Source: Styela clava (lineage: Eukaryota). From it: a DNA stretch of 64,000 bases. Each line of letters starts with the position of its first letter. Positions within the stretch are counted from its first letter, which is position 1. Position numbers and translations under genes: made by a program. The notes under the pieces are model-generated. The model ran no database searches, was not told where the DNA came from, and was given only the letters and a program-made list of their open reading frames with translations. Location: the NCBI RefSeq assembly GCF_964204865.1, contig NC_135260.1, positions 9,796,001 through 9,860,000 of the forward strand, in the 5' to 3' direction. This document shows, piece after piece, positions 51,801 through 63,262 of this stretch.

Positions 51801-53411
51801 GAACAAACAGGTAAGAAAAATACTTGAAACCCTGGTCCTGGCTGTGAATACTCAAATAAACCAAGATGCTCATTTCAAAACTTCATTTTTTATACATTGT
51901 CAGTTCACCACCTCAGATCTGTTGAGCTAGTAGTTGTATCATCATGTATTAATATGACGGGGAAAGAAGTATTTTCATCATCGGTGGTGAACCAAATCAC
52001 AATGTAAAACCAATTTATTTTTGAATAAAACCAGACAGACAATGTGATTATACGAAATTTTACTTTTAGATCCACTCTTACTTTACACAATGATATTCGA
52101 ATAAATACCTGGCAGCCTGGTCCTGGCTCTTCACCATCATAAACTTCTGTGGGTGGTGGTCCACCATATCTTCGTTGACCTGTGGTTACATCTAAGGAGT
52201 ACTTTGTTCTATCCAGAAGAGCCTACAACGAATGTAAAAATGGATTTCATGAAAATATACAAAATAATTATCAGAAAATTATCAATTGCTCAGTCCAATT
52301 AGTAATTTAGTGAAGTACAAAGAAAAAGTTATGTAGGACAGAATTTTAAAATTTTTTCCCCAAAATAACTTCTATATTGCGTACTTGAATATCGTCTTCA
52401 TTAGGCCCAACTTTTTGGCTGAGATTGGTTCTTCCATCTTTTTCTGCCTTGAGTCTCTGTCGGTAGATTTTCATTACACCGCAAAGAAAGGCACTTTTGT
52501 TCTGGACATGCTGTAAAATTAGAAACATACGATTATAATTCGCTCAGTGCTATGCAATATTACAATTTATTTTACAACTAAATCTAATTGCACAAGACTA
52601 AGAGATATTGTGAAATATGAGCTTTACCCCATTGCTTTTTTTACCTGAAGATTAGAATCTTTAAACTGCTTTAAAACAGCGATAGCTCCATCCTCTTCGA
52701 GCTCTTTTAATGCCTCAATCGCTCTTTCATCTAATTCACTGTATTGGACTAGACCTACAACAGAAGTTGCAAATGATTAATTATTTAAAAGCAATGGAAA
52801 AGTCACCAATTGGAATATGAGATTAGAATGTCACGTGGCAAGGTTTTCTTCGGTTTAGAGATTAGTTTGATTATAAATACCCAAATTCGTTCAACACATT
52901 TGTAACATGAAATTACCTCAATATTCAAGTTGTAAGTCGCATATTTTTAAAGTATCGCGATTTGGATGTATACATATATAATGAATTTAAATCCATTTTA
53001 ACACTCGAAGACCAATTCATTTCCCCGACCAGTGAGTTTCAAAAGTTTAAATATTGTCAGTTCACCACCTCAGATCTGTTGAGCTTGTAGTTGTATCATC
53101 ATGTATTAATATGACGGGGAAAGAAGTATTTTCATCATCGGTGGTGAATCAAATCACAACGTAAACCATAGAAAGTAGAAATGATATATTTTCAAATCCA
53201 AACAAACAACCATTGTGATAAGGAAATCTACTGTTAGATCCACTCTTACTTTACACAATGATAATCGAATAACAAACGTTATACCTTCTACAAAAATCGC
53301 ATCTAGAGCTCCGGCAACTTTTTCCGTGCAGCCAGCTTCTATTAGACTTTGATAATGTTCTGATTTCATAACTTCATCTTCATTCTCAATTTTGGCCACA
53401 ACGTCTGTCAT
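48833..53411 (-). CDS. SYNCRIP: hnRNP R/Q (SYNCRIP-like): acidic N-domain, three RRMs, RGG tail
   Basis: Exons 53411-53285, 52754-52645, 52510-52385, 52222-52109, 51465-51289, 51134-50999, 50609-50404, 50085-49936, 49840-49725, 49651-49400, 49088-48833. Peptides HVQNKSAFLCGVMK, LDVTTGQRRYGGPPP, KNRGFCFLEY, RVKKIKDYAFVHF, WGNQPIAQQPL. Probably co-orthologous to HNRNPR and SYNCRIP. Confidence 0.93.
50857..50940 (-). ncRNA. Intronic box C/D snoRNA, SNORD12/snR190-like, copy 1
   Basis: ACCACC/GGTGGT-type terminal stem, C box GTGATGA, guide CTTCTTTCCCCG, D' CATA, C' GTGATGA, guide AAGCTCAACAG, D box CTGA; same strand as the host gene. Confidence 0.88.
51511..51785 (-). mobile_element. SINE family C copy in an hnRNP intron
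   Basis: Shared blocks ttatcctggg, ccagttacttgattcagat and taatcagaggtgtgatgg. Confidence 0.6.
51903..51992 (-). ncRNA. Intronic box C/D snoRNA, SNORD12/snR190-like, copy 2
   Basis: 10-bp terminal stem GTTCACCACC/GGTGGTGAAC, C box ATGATGA, the same two guides, D box CTGA. Confidence 0.9.
53061..53148 (-). ncRNA. Intronic box C/D snoRNA, SNORD12/snR190-like, copy 3
   Basis: 9-bp terminal stem, C box ATGATGA, guides CTTCTTTCCCCG and CAAGCTCAACAG, D box CTGA. Confidence 0.9.
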
Positions 53412-54368
53412 TATGCTAAGTTAATTTGGAATTTGCTGGGAAAACCAATGAAGATACTACGATTAATTAAAGGGAAGTGCAGATTAGTTTGAATGAGGCT
53501 TTCAGCATTATCAGATCATGTTCAAGTTGACGACTACTGAATAGAATTGACAATTTAGTCATCCATTCATTCATATGGGAGTTAAATTCAGGACCCCAAA
53601 AACTTTTGGCAGCCAATAAAAACATGCAAACAATTAAATTAATTGAGTTCTTGGCGCTATATGAATATTTGAGGTTGAACAACAGAGGATAGGGGATTCC
53701 ACGATCTGTCTGCCATGTACTGATGTACAGTTCATCAAGAAAGTCATACACAGGAGAATTTGTAGTATCTTTAGGGAATACTGCCAATGGTACATTTTAA
53801 TATCATACATGACGCTACTAGACACTTCGAAATCAAACGTTTTTTTATGAGTAAATGAAAATTTGTTGAAAAAAGTAAAACCACGGACAGAAATAGAATT
53901 AAAATCATCTTTCGGTTAAACTTTTAAAGGAGTTGGGTTATTTGTCATTTATACTTGACATTTATGAGCAAAGATTTCGTAGTCAAAGTAGTTGGCAATT
54001 GTGTTGAATTGAGTCATCAAAGTCACTTATATTTTCAATATTAATTAATTAAATCATCCTATGTGATTACAAAAGTGGGTAACCAACCTATCCACCTACA
54101 AGTGCTTACAGACTAAACGTCATTATTTCGTAGTGCAAAGCGGTGTAAGAAAAAATGAAATTCTTTAACTTCAGAACTTGTCATGAGTTTCTTTTCTTAG
54201 TTTTCTCCTTGAATTGTTGTGGATTCATTTTACTGTTTCACATGAATTGTTTTGAATATTAGATACAGAAGTAAAAACACGACATAGCCCTCCACAGCTT
54301 TACGAGTTCGTCAAATTTTGACTATAGTGTTATAATTTTTAAATTAGCTTCAATGTTAATATTACTTC

Positions 54369-54756
54369 GGGTCTGATATAGTTTAGTACCACATGCACTT
54401 CTAGTTAGCTCAACAGTTTTCGCATATGTCATTCCTGAGCCCAACCCCGACTACATAACCAAAAAAGTACGTCACTACGACCTCAAATTGGCATAGCATA
54501 ATTAAGATCTCCGAAGCATACGGATAGCAACAATCCCCATATGGGAGAGATCGCTAGCGTTCGTGAGTTCGTTATCGTCGGCGCATATGCCGTTTCGGGC
54601 AATCATAACTATATTTCAGTACTTTGGCAAGCTCTATGACTTCGTACTGATGTAGTTTTTGGATGGCATAGTCAGGTAGGGGTTAGAAATAACATGTGCA
54701 AATTTTGTTATGCTACGCCCATCGGAAGTACTTGTGGTAGTAACTATACTAGACCC
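54369..54756. mobile_element. Complete palindromic MITE family A (GGGTC...GACCC, 8-bp TSD)
   Basis: TSD ATTACTTC at 54361-54368 and 54757-54764; long imperfect TIRs. Confidence 0.85.
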
Positions 54757-56746
54757 ATTACTTCTACTGTCAGACAAATTACTGAACTTGTATTAACAAT
54801 CTGAATCAGTAATTTCATTCATATCACAGTAATGCAGTAATGCAGTAGGCTATCATTCTTAATGTAGTCTAATTGAAATTATTTACTAGGAAGCTTGATA
54901 CAATATCAATAAAATATTACTGTAATTACAGAATTAACAATAGGATACTGTACACAGCTTTTTGACTATAACTGTCAGACTGTATAACCTAAAAAGCTGG
55001 TACCAATACAGCATTATCAGATTATGAAATTGTGACATCGCCTATCTCCCAATGCTTATTGCAATGCAAATTATGTTGCCATGCTGCAGCTACTGAGCTA
55101 ACAAGGCTAGACGATCAATCTATTTCAGCTTTCTATGGTCCCACGCCCAGTGAAAAGAAAAACGCTGCGAAACTACATCCACCTGTTCGCAGACAAACAG
55201 CTTTTACTTGTAGATTATGCCCACGTGACTATGCAATCAGACAACGTGACTTCACATGCCACATGGCAAAACTAACGTATGTGCATAAACTAAATTAACC
55301 GACATTATCAACACTTTTTGAACTAGTTATGAAACGTCACAGCCAAGGTAAAATACAAGGAGGCGACAACGCACGCCGTGAAAGGAAACACAAAAACAAT
55401 GCTTTTCGATAAAGACACGCGCTACACGCCGAACAACAGAATCACGCCGCGATAGTACCGGCAATCTTTTTTCGTTGCTACACCACTAACCCGCGTGTCG
55501 CTCTGTGTGGCCAAAGGATGACGTTTCTAACAGGCAGGGGTGCGAATCCGACGCGGCAGATTCAAGCATGCAAATTGCAAACAACGTGTCTGATATTACG
55601 CTGTCGGTAGTCTAATCTGATCCATAGAGATAAGACTGGTTCTTCTGGTAAATATTACTAGATAATATTCGATGTGTTGTGACAAGTTGTCTATCACTAT
55701 ATTAGGCTTCAAATATTTCATGGCAACATAAATGTTGTGCAGGTAGCCTACTCGTCCAATGCATATTCTACCGGCATTTATAAATATAACCTGTGTCAGC
55801 TAGAAAAAAGTAATAAGTACAGTACGTGGTAAAAACAAGTTGCTCCAGGTATAATTACCATAAGTTTTATGAAAGAATTTCTCATTTTAGGGGTCGGGTC
55901 GGTCAACATAGTTGACCTTGTAGTCTTGCCCGCCCCCTCCCGATTATATTTTTTGATTGTTTTTTGTATATATTGCAATCTGTACATTTTTGATATATTC
56001 GGAAATAAATCATTATCTCTGTCTTATCGAAACAGTTTCAAACATTTCATTTCAACCCAAGTTCATTTTTGCCCAAGCGAAAGATTTATGGCAGTATAAG
56101 CTAAATACGACAAGGCTTAAAAGATTTGGCGGAAAACAAGGCTGAATCATAGGCTCAAAAAATAAATGAAGATTCGCGACATTGAAACCCGCAGAAATAT
56201 AGCCATATTCATTTTAAAAACTTTTTTCATTGACATTTATGCGTATATAATTGATGAAAGTATAACGAATTAATGGAACTCAAAAAACACTACGAGAGAG
56301 CTATGCTCAAATGTAAGAATACGAAATCCAAAACGAATTAAAAGGCCTATCCAATCTTTTACAGTATTGATAGTCAGACCGCTGAGATGTGATCATTGAA
56401 TCGCGGCATTTTGCACAATTTTTACTCTTGACGACGTCATCACACAAAACTTTAAAGTGAAAAACGAATGCCATAGAGCCACAGACTTTTTTGAAATAAA
56501 TGAATGTATAATAGCCTTCTATCGTAAATAGGAAGCTTGAATCACTGAACATTTCAAAGCAAATATTCCTTCAGTTTAATAGAAAAGCGATTTTTTTCAT
56601 GAAAACAACATATATAATGATAACGAAACGATTCATAGGTTCATTTCGTGTTCAATAAATTTTAAAAACAAAGACAACTTTATTAACAACACAATTATTG
56701 ATGGTATGGAAGCCCTGCTTATGAGTAGAAAGATGTCTGGGTCTCA

Positions 56747-56802
56747 TACCAGGTTAGGGTTCAGGTTGTGCGTCATCTTGGTTCACATACTTCGGGAGCG
56801 CC
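56747..56802. mobile_element. MITE family B right-end fragment
   Basis: accaggttagggttcaggttgtgcgtcatcttggttcacatacttcgggagcgcc. Confidence 0.65.
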
Positions 56803-58153
56803 GTATCTGGTAGGCCTGAATTATTGTATTCGCTTCCATCACACAATCTAAAAATGAAAAAAAAATTAAAAAGTGATATTCAAAGTGAAAAAATATCTGT
56901 TTGAATTAGCGTCAAACACGTTTATTCTTTTAGATAATTGCTCAATGATGACGATTGCAGTTGACAATATCGTTCACCGATGTAAGAGTTATTTAATTCA
57001 TGAAATATCCTCCCTGCATAAACTGCTGTCTCAAGCTGCTCTTTGGTTGGGCTCTCCCCTTGACCTTTTGTGTAAATCAGATCATTAAACAATCCGTAAG
57101 CCACTTTAAATGGGTGATGTATTGTGAAATGAATAATACACAATAGCGAGCACATGTGTGCTCATTTTCTTCACGTAAGTCTATTGTTAGCTATTGTCCG
57201 AATATCTTTTGTAATAATGCACGCAGACATTTCTCACGAGAAAAAAGAAAATGGAATATTAAAATTCCATTTCCCTATTATCGGCGTAATATTTAAACTG
57301 TATATATAATTTTGCTTGAGCCTTATTGTATTGTTGTCATACCGACTGTCTGTTATTAGCAAGTTTGTGGCCTAAGTAACGCTTGGCTCCTAATCTAGTA
57401 CCTATACCTGGGCCTGGAACAGGAATCTACATTAGTAACTGTTGTGTAGTTTTAAAATCCATCGCATGTTGCAATAGGTGTGGGTTTGTAACGTTCGACA
57501 AAAAAGTGAACATGTTTCATCCTTTTCATTTTCCACATAGCCTACCTGTACGATGCGTCTCTGCATGAAAGCTAATACAATCGATTTATTGATAGAATGC
57601 AAATATTCCGCAGAAAAGTCTAAACTAAACAGATATATATATATGATTATTCCGTCGATCGCAAAAATGTGACAACCTAACGAACAAAATAATATCGAGT
57701 TACAAGCAGTTCGGGATTGGTTGTTAGAGTTTTTGATCATCGAATAATTTAAAATAAATCACATTTATGTGCATTGTGCATTTATATATTTTGCCAATCA
57801 ACACAGCCATCAAAAAGAATTAGATTATATATATGTCACTAGAGTTATAACACAGATAATTATTTTACCGTACTATAAGCACAGCCTAAATTAACAAAAA
57901 AATTTCAGCAGTCGACCGAAATACTTTAAACGGTCCCGAACGGTGACCAAAATTTTAGCACACCTACTATAATATAATTATACAAACTGCTCCTCTTGAA
58001 TCTAAGCAAATTTTTGTCATCCAAAACTCCCAGTCGTTAACCTGTGATAAGCAGTGAAAGATATGAATGCAACTCTGCTGATGCGTCCGCTTCTAAAAGT
58101 TCGTTTTCATATTGCCGACCTATTGAACGTGAACACATAGTTTTTGTGTAGGA

Positions 58154-59600
58154 CAGTGGTTCCCAACCTTTCTACCCAGGTGGACGGTAAAATTAAATGT
58201 AGGGGAAAGTGGGGAAGGTTGGGACACTTTTTTTCTTTTTCATATTTTGAGCCCTTTATTCTGCACATTCATATGACTTTGCGGGATTAATGCAGAGAGG
58301 GGTAAATGTTGATTTTATTCAGCGACTAAGAAATTCTCTCGCGACACACATCTCACCACCAAAATGCTTTGAAAAACGTTGGTCAAGTGTCCCACTGTAC
58401 CCCACTTGTGGGGCACATTCGGACAGACCCTGGGGCACAATGGGTCATTCTGGTAAAATTCAACGAAGTATGCCCTTAAAAATAAGCAATCAATCAGCAT
58501 AATCGTCTAAAGAACAGGGAGATCTCAAATTTGAAGATTTAAGATTTTTAAAATCAATGTTCAACCGAAATATTTCACTAAAAAATTCGCTTACAAATTA
58601 AATTGTTTTCTAATCCGAATCTAAATCTGGAAATATTTTTGATTCTCGAATATATTTCATATTGGACCATGAGTCGAAAGATACCATACTGTTACATAAA
58701 AATATAACGCATCTCTAGGTCTCTAAGCACTTGTTGTATCAAACACTGTCGAATTGTGCCATGTAGGGCATGTCCCACTGAACCCCGGTCCATTGTTCCC
58801 CATAATCAACAAATATCTTCAGATCATCCCACGGCGAAATTCGGAAGGCACATCCACTTGCCAACGTTATAAATATTTCACAGTGGACTATAGCTAAAAG
58901 ATATCAGACGGTGGTTTGTCACGTTGAAAAGGCTAAGTTAGAAAAAAAAGGAAAAAATGGAACGGTGAAATTTTAGTTTCAACCCCCCAAAACCAATTTC
59001 ACCTCATAGCTTTCGTCGCTCTACCCGTCCGCTGTCCGTTTGCGGGGACGTTGTAACTCACCGAAGGGTGGATCGAAACATCAAACCGCGGACCGGATTC
59101 CGAATATAGTATTAGTGTGAAAGCTGATTTTCCGCTGTGCCCCATGTCCCAACGTGCCCCACCTTCCCCTACTCGCGGACCGGCAAAAAATTGAAATGGC
59201 CGGAAAAGTATAATTATAAAACATATATTTGGGTAATTTCGGGCACTCAATATGCTACTAGACAAAAACATGTCACACGAAGAAAAACTATCAAATATTG
59301 TGCCGGCCAATAATTAAAATGGATGAAACATAAAATAGTACCATATATATATTTGCGTAATGAAATGCAGTGCTGGGCACCCATTATGCACGCATAAAAC
59401 ATCTCACATAAAAACATGTACATGTCAAATCACGTACAAACACAATTACCTCTAGTGAGAATTTTGGTACCGTTTCGTTTCCAATACAGGATTGCAAGTG
59501 AGGCCTCAATGAAGTTTCTGCAACACGTAGCTCTGCAGCGGCGTGCAGCCGATTTCTTTGCTTCGTTTTAATTAAAGCTCCGTCGAATCTCGCAAGATTC
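58154..59600 (-). mobile_element. Charlie/Buster-type hAT remnant (3' end plus transposase C-terminus), interrupted by a nested element
   Basis: Terminus CAGTGGTTCCCAAC at 58154; minus-strand peptide LIKTKQRNRLHAAAELRVAETSLRP resembles the hAT dimerisation-domain tail. Confidence 0.65.
58202..59169. mobile_element. TA-flanked non-autonomous DNA transposon (Tc1/mariner-pogo type) nested in the hAT remnant
   Basis: TIR GGGGAAAGTGGGG..GTTGGGACA / TGTCCCAAC..CCCCACCTTCCCC; TA on both sides; internal GTCCCA repeats. Confidence 0.7.
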
Positions 59601-59684
59601 AGAAACCTAATAATTGGCACTCATGGTTTTTCTATGTTGCATGCTTTTCCTGATTAATATTATCATCCAAATAAAAGGTTATGC

Positions 59685-62600
59685 CAGTGGCGGCGCGTCA
59701 ATAGGGCCAACCGGGGCAATGCTCCGGTTGTTTTTTCGGTATAAAAAAAAATATTCGAAAAATACCTCAATATCGGTTGCACAGACTGTCTACACTAGCC
59801 ATATTCTCCCGACATGGTTCATTTTTCGCTCGCAAAGCCTTCGCCGAACGTCGACGGGGCGACGCCGATTTTGCCCCGGTTGCTTATTGTATATCGTATT
59901 CTCTCTTTTATCTTCCACTCGCCGCGTTTGTCTCGTTTGTTTTCTGTTTCTTTTACTAAATCATCGGGGCCGATCGGGGCTAGCCACGAAATTATGACGA
60001 CACAATGCCGACGTTTCTTACAACAACGTGTTGACATATTCACGCATTCCTTCTCGTTCGTTGGTTGCTTGAAGAGTTGATAGTTTCCTCGCCTTCGTTT
60101 TTGTCGCTTGTTTCGCTATTTGAATCAGTTAGAGACCTTTAGTCCATTTGCTTTCGATTTTCCACATTCTTTTTGAGCTCCTCACTTCTTTCCGGCTTCG
60201 CATTTCTTAGCCTTAGACCTCATAATGAATAAGGTTGGTGCACTACTTTGCACTCCGTTTTCGCAGCTGCCGCTGGAACAAAAATTAGAGGTACAACGTC
60301 TTGGGCCTTATCAACCAAAAAATTGTTCACTGGAACAATCCCATGACGGAGGAAAGCGTCGGCGTACATTCTGCACAGAAACTTGGTATAAAAAACACGA
60401 ATGGTTGTGTTACAGCGAGGACAAAAATGCACTTTTTTGTTTTTATTGCCTACTTTTTGCTACCGCCCGTGACTCACATTGGTGTAAATTTGGTTTTAGA
60501 GATCTTAAACATCTTTCCGAGCGTGCCAGGGATCATCAATCTTCTATGGAGCATCTGGACAATGCAGTAAAATACCGAACATTCGGAAATGTTAATATTG
60601 CAGCACAGTTGGATGAAGGACGCGCGGTTTCTATTCGTCGGCACAACCAAAACGTCGAGAAAAACCGCCATGTTCTCGATCGATTGATAGATGTTTTGAA
60701 GTTCATTGGTTGTCACGAGCTGTCCTTCCGTGGGCACGATGAACGGGCTGGCTCTTCTAATAGAGGGGTATTTTTGGATATGGCGGAATACACCGCATCC
60801 CTAGATACAGTATTGAGAGATCATCTTGATGCCGCAACTGTTTCGAAAGGGACATCTAAGGATATCCAAAATGATTTGCTCGACTCAATGTATAAAATTT
60901 ATTTACAACATTTGGCTCTGGAAATTGAGAATTGCCAGTTCCTTTCGATTCAGTCTGACGAGACAACTGACATCACGTGCGTTTCCCAACTGGCTGTAAT
61001 TTTTCGGTTTGTGAAAGATGGTAAACCTACCGAGAGATTTCACAGCTTTGTACCAATCGTTGATTGCACGGCTTGCGGGATATCGGCTGTACTGGAAAAA
61101 GTGTTACAGCCTTACAACGCGAAGTCAAAATTGATAGCTCAAACTTATGACGGCGCGGCAGTCATGTGTGGGTCGAAACATGGTGTTCAAGTTTATATAA
61201 AAGAAGATTTTCCTCATGCGCATTTCTTACATTGTTATGCACACCAATTTAACCTCGTTATTAAAAATATGTGTCTTGATACCCCTCTCGTCCGTATATT
61301 TTTTGCAAATGTTTCGGGGTTTTCTTCATTTTTTTCCGTTTCGCCGAAGCGCTCTGACCTTCTTCGCCAGATATGTAGCCGCCGTCTCCCAGCTTGTGCA
61401 CCAACACGTTGGAATTTCCAATCACGCGTGGTGCAGGGCGTGTCCGAAATTAGGTCTGAGCTCATTGAGTGTTTCAATGGCATTCAGAGCTCTCCGGTTT
61501 GGGACGAACGCTCTGTGAGGGAGGCGGCAGGTCTAAAGCGTCTGCTAGAAGATGGTGAGTTTTCATTTTTTCTCGCTTTTTTCTCCACAATATTCTATCA
61601 CGTGGATGTATTATACGGCGCATTGCAGTCAAGGCTAATGGATGGAGCGTCTGTGCAGTCGTGTATTTCAGACTTCTGCGATGCTGTATCTCGTATCCGG
61701 GAAACAATAAAATACGACGACACATGGAGTGCTTCTTTACGCCGCGGGCAAACAACGCAGCGTTTGATTTTGTCTGCAAAGGAATGCTGTGACATTCTGG
61801 TGAATCAAATAGGCGATTGTCTGCGCACTGAACACCTTGCCGCGTTCTCTTTGATGGACCCCAAAAAATTTTCAAAATTTGCACGTCAATTTCTCATCCA
61901 TTTGTTGGCTACTGTCTCCAAATTTTACCCCATGATAAACGTGGGTAAATTGGAAAATGAATTGCGATGTATATACACCAATCAAACTTTTTTGAACATC
62001 ACATCAACTTGCGCGCTCTATGGGGTCCTCATAGATAACACTCTAGTAACTACCTTTGCGGCGTCTGCAAAATTTCTGGACATCATTTTGACGACGCCTA
62101 TTTCTTCCGCCGACGCAGAGCGAACATTTAGCACGCTGAAGCGTATTAAAACGTATCTCAGAAACACAATGAAGCAAGATAGATTAAATTCCTTGGCTGT
62201 TTTATCCATTCACAGAGACGTTATTTCTGGGATGCATGACTTTAATCAGCGCGTTATTGAGCATTTTGCTTCCAAGAAACCGCGGCGTGTTGCATATATG
62301 TTCAAGCAGTAGAAGTCTAGCAGCATATATATCTATGAGTGAGCGACGCATGTCCTTATCTTTGCATTAACTTTCCTTTCTTCATAGTAACGTTTTAAAC
62401 CTTATTTTAGGTTTTGTCTGCTTTCCCGAAGTTTCTGTTAATATGTCATTGTATTTATCTGGGTAAATATTGCCTTTCCTTTTGAAAGAGGTTTCAAAAT
62501 AAACTATGTCTATATTTATTAATCCATTGACTTGGACCGGTTTTAAAGACACTTTCTTATCGTTAAAAATTGTCGCTTTTGCCGATTGGTTGTTACCGAT

Positions 62601-62726
62601 GGAATGGTTTTTATACTCATAAAATGATGGGAGAACTTACAGCGCTCACCCTGTCCCCGTAGATGGGGGTGACTTGGTCCCGCAGTAGCTTGCCCCGGTT
62701 GTCAAAATGACCACGCGCCGCCACTG
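59685..62726 (+). mobile_element. Full-length hAT DNA transposon (Tip100/ZMYM1-like)
   Basis: Perfect 14-bp TIR CAGTGGCGGCGCGT / ACGCGCCGCCACTG; perfect 8-bp TSD GGTTATGC at 59677-59684 and 62727-62734; GCCCCG/CGGGGC subterminal motifs. Confidence 0.95.
60225..62312 (+). CDS. hAT transposase, 695 aa (TTF-type zinc finger, DUF4371-like region, C-terminal dimerisation domain)
   Basis: WLCYS...LFCFYCLLF, FRGHDE, SDETTD, TYDGA, HCYAH, TRW and SADAERTFSTLKRIKTYLRNTM motifs; the ORF is uninterrupted. Confidence 0.92.
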   Translation: MNKVGALLCTPFSQLPLEQKLEVQRLGPYQPKNCSLEQSHDGGKRRRTFCTETWYKKHEWLCYSEDKNALFCFYCLLFATARDSHWCKFGFRDLKHLSERARDHQSSMEHLDNAVKYRTFGNVNIAAQLDEGRAVSIRRHNQNVEKNRHVLDRLIDVLKFIGCHELSFRGHDERAGSSNRGVFLDMAEYTASLDTVLRDHLDAATVSKGTSKDIQNDLLDSMYKIYLQHLALEIENCQFLSIQSDETTDITCVSQLAVIFRFVKDGKPTERFHSFVPIVDCTACGISAVLEKVLQPYNAKSKLIAQTYDGAAVMCGSKHGVQVYIKEDFPHAHFLHCYAHQFNLVIKNMCLDTPLVRIFFANVSGFSSFFSVSPKRSDLLRQICSRRLPACAPTRWNFQSRVVQGVSEIRSELIECFNGIQSSPVWDERSVREAAGLKRLLEDGEFSFFLAFFSTIFYHVDVLYGALQSRLMDGASVQSCISDFCDAVSRIRETIKYDDTWSASLRRGQTTQRLILSAKECCDILVNQIGDCLRTEHLAAFSLMDPKKFSKFARQFLIHLLATVSKFYPMINVGKLENELRCIYTNQTFLNITSTCALYGVLIDNTLVTTFAASAKFLDIILTTPISSADAERTFSTLKRIKTYLRNTMKQDRLNSLAVLSIHRDVISGMHDFNQRVIEHFASKKPRRVAYMFKQ

Positions 62727-63174
62727 GGTTATGCATATATCTCCGTTTAAACCAGAAAACAGCCAAGACCAGTACAATATTTCAGGGCTTCTTGACATCC
62801 AGTAAGATATGAACTTATTGCGACCCTGCAGGTGGTCACGAGACGCGCAACAAAAGCATGAGCCACTTATATAGTTTCCAGGTGATAGACTGCAGGATTT
62901 TGAGCCTGGTGCCAAGTTACCAATGACTTTGTCATTGTAATGAAAATTCATTTTGTTTGAGGCGTCGATCAACTGAAGAAAGATTGTTATGATCAACCCA
63001 ATTAAAAAGCTTGATTAAAGTTGTGATTCTACTTTACAGACCAGATTTAAAAAAGAATCACTGTCACAATTTTGCATATTTCTCGATAACGAATAATCAT
63101 CACTGTCTGATATATTTACGGTCTGATCGAGCAATCAAACTGTTGTCCGTATTTTCAACCAGTTAGGCTACTCA

Positions 63175-63262
63175 CGCGGGAAAAGTTTTTCATCATTAGT
63201 TTTAATTAAAACGAAGCAAAGAAATCGACCGGACGGCGCTGCAGAGCGACGTTTTGCAGAAA
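63175..63262 (+). mobile_element. Second Charlie-type hAT transposase C-terminal fragment
   Basis: Peptide FSSLVLIKTKQRNR..GAAERRFAE; reverse-complement match to 59514-59579. Confidence 0.6.

Noticed and set aside
53490-53575. Possible additional C/D snoRNA upstream of the hnRNP start
   Set aside because: A 7-bp stem and CTGA boxes are present, but the C box is non-consensus, box spacing is atypical and I recognised no rRNA complement.
60225-62312. Host ZMYM1 gene
   Set aside because: No MYM fingers, and the ORF is bounded by perfect TIRs and a TSD, so it is a transposase.
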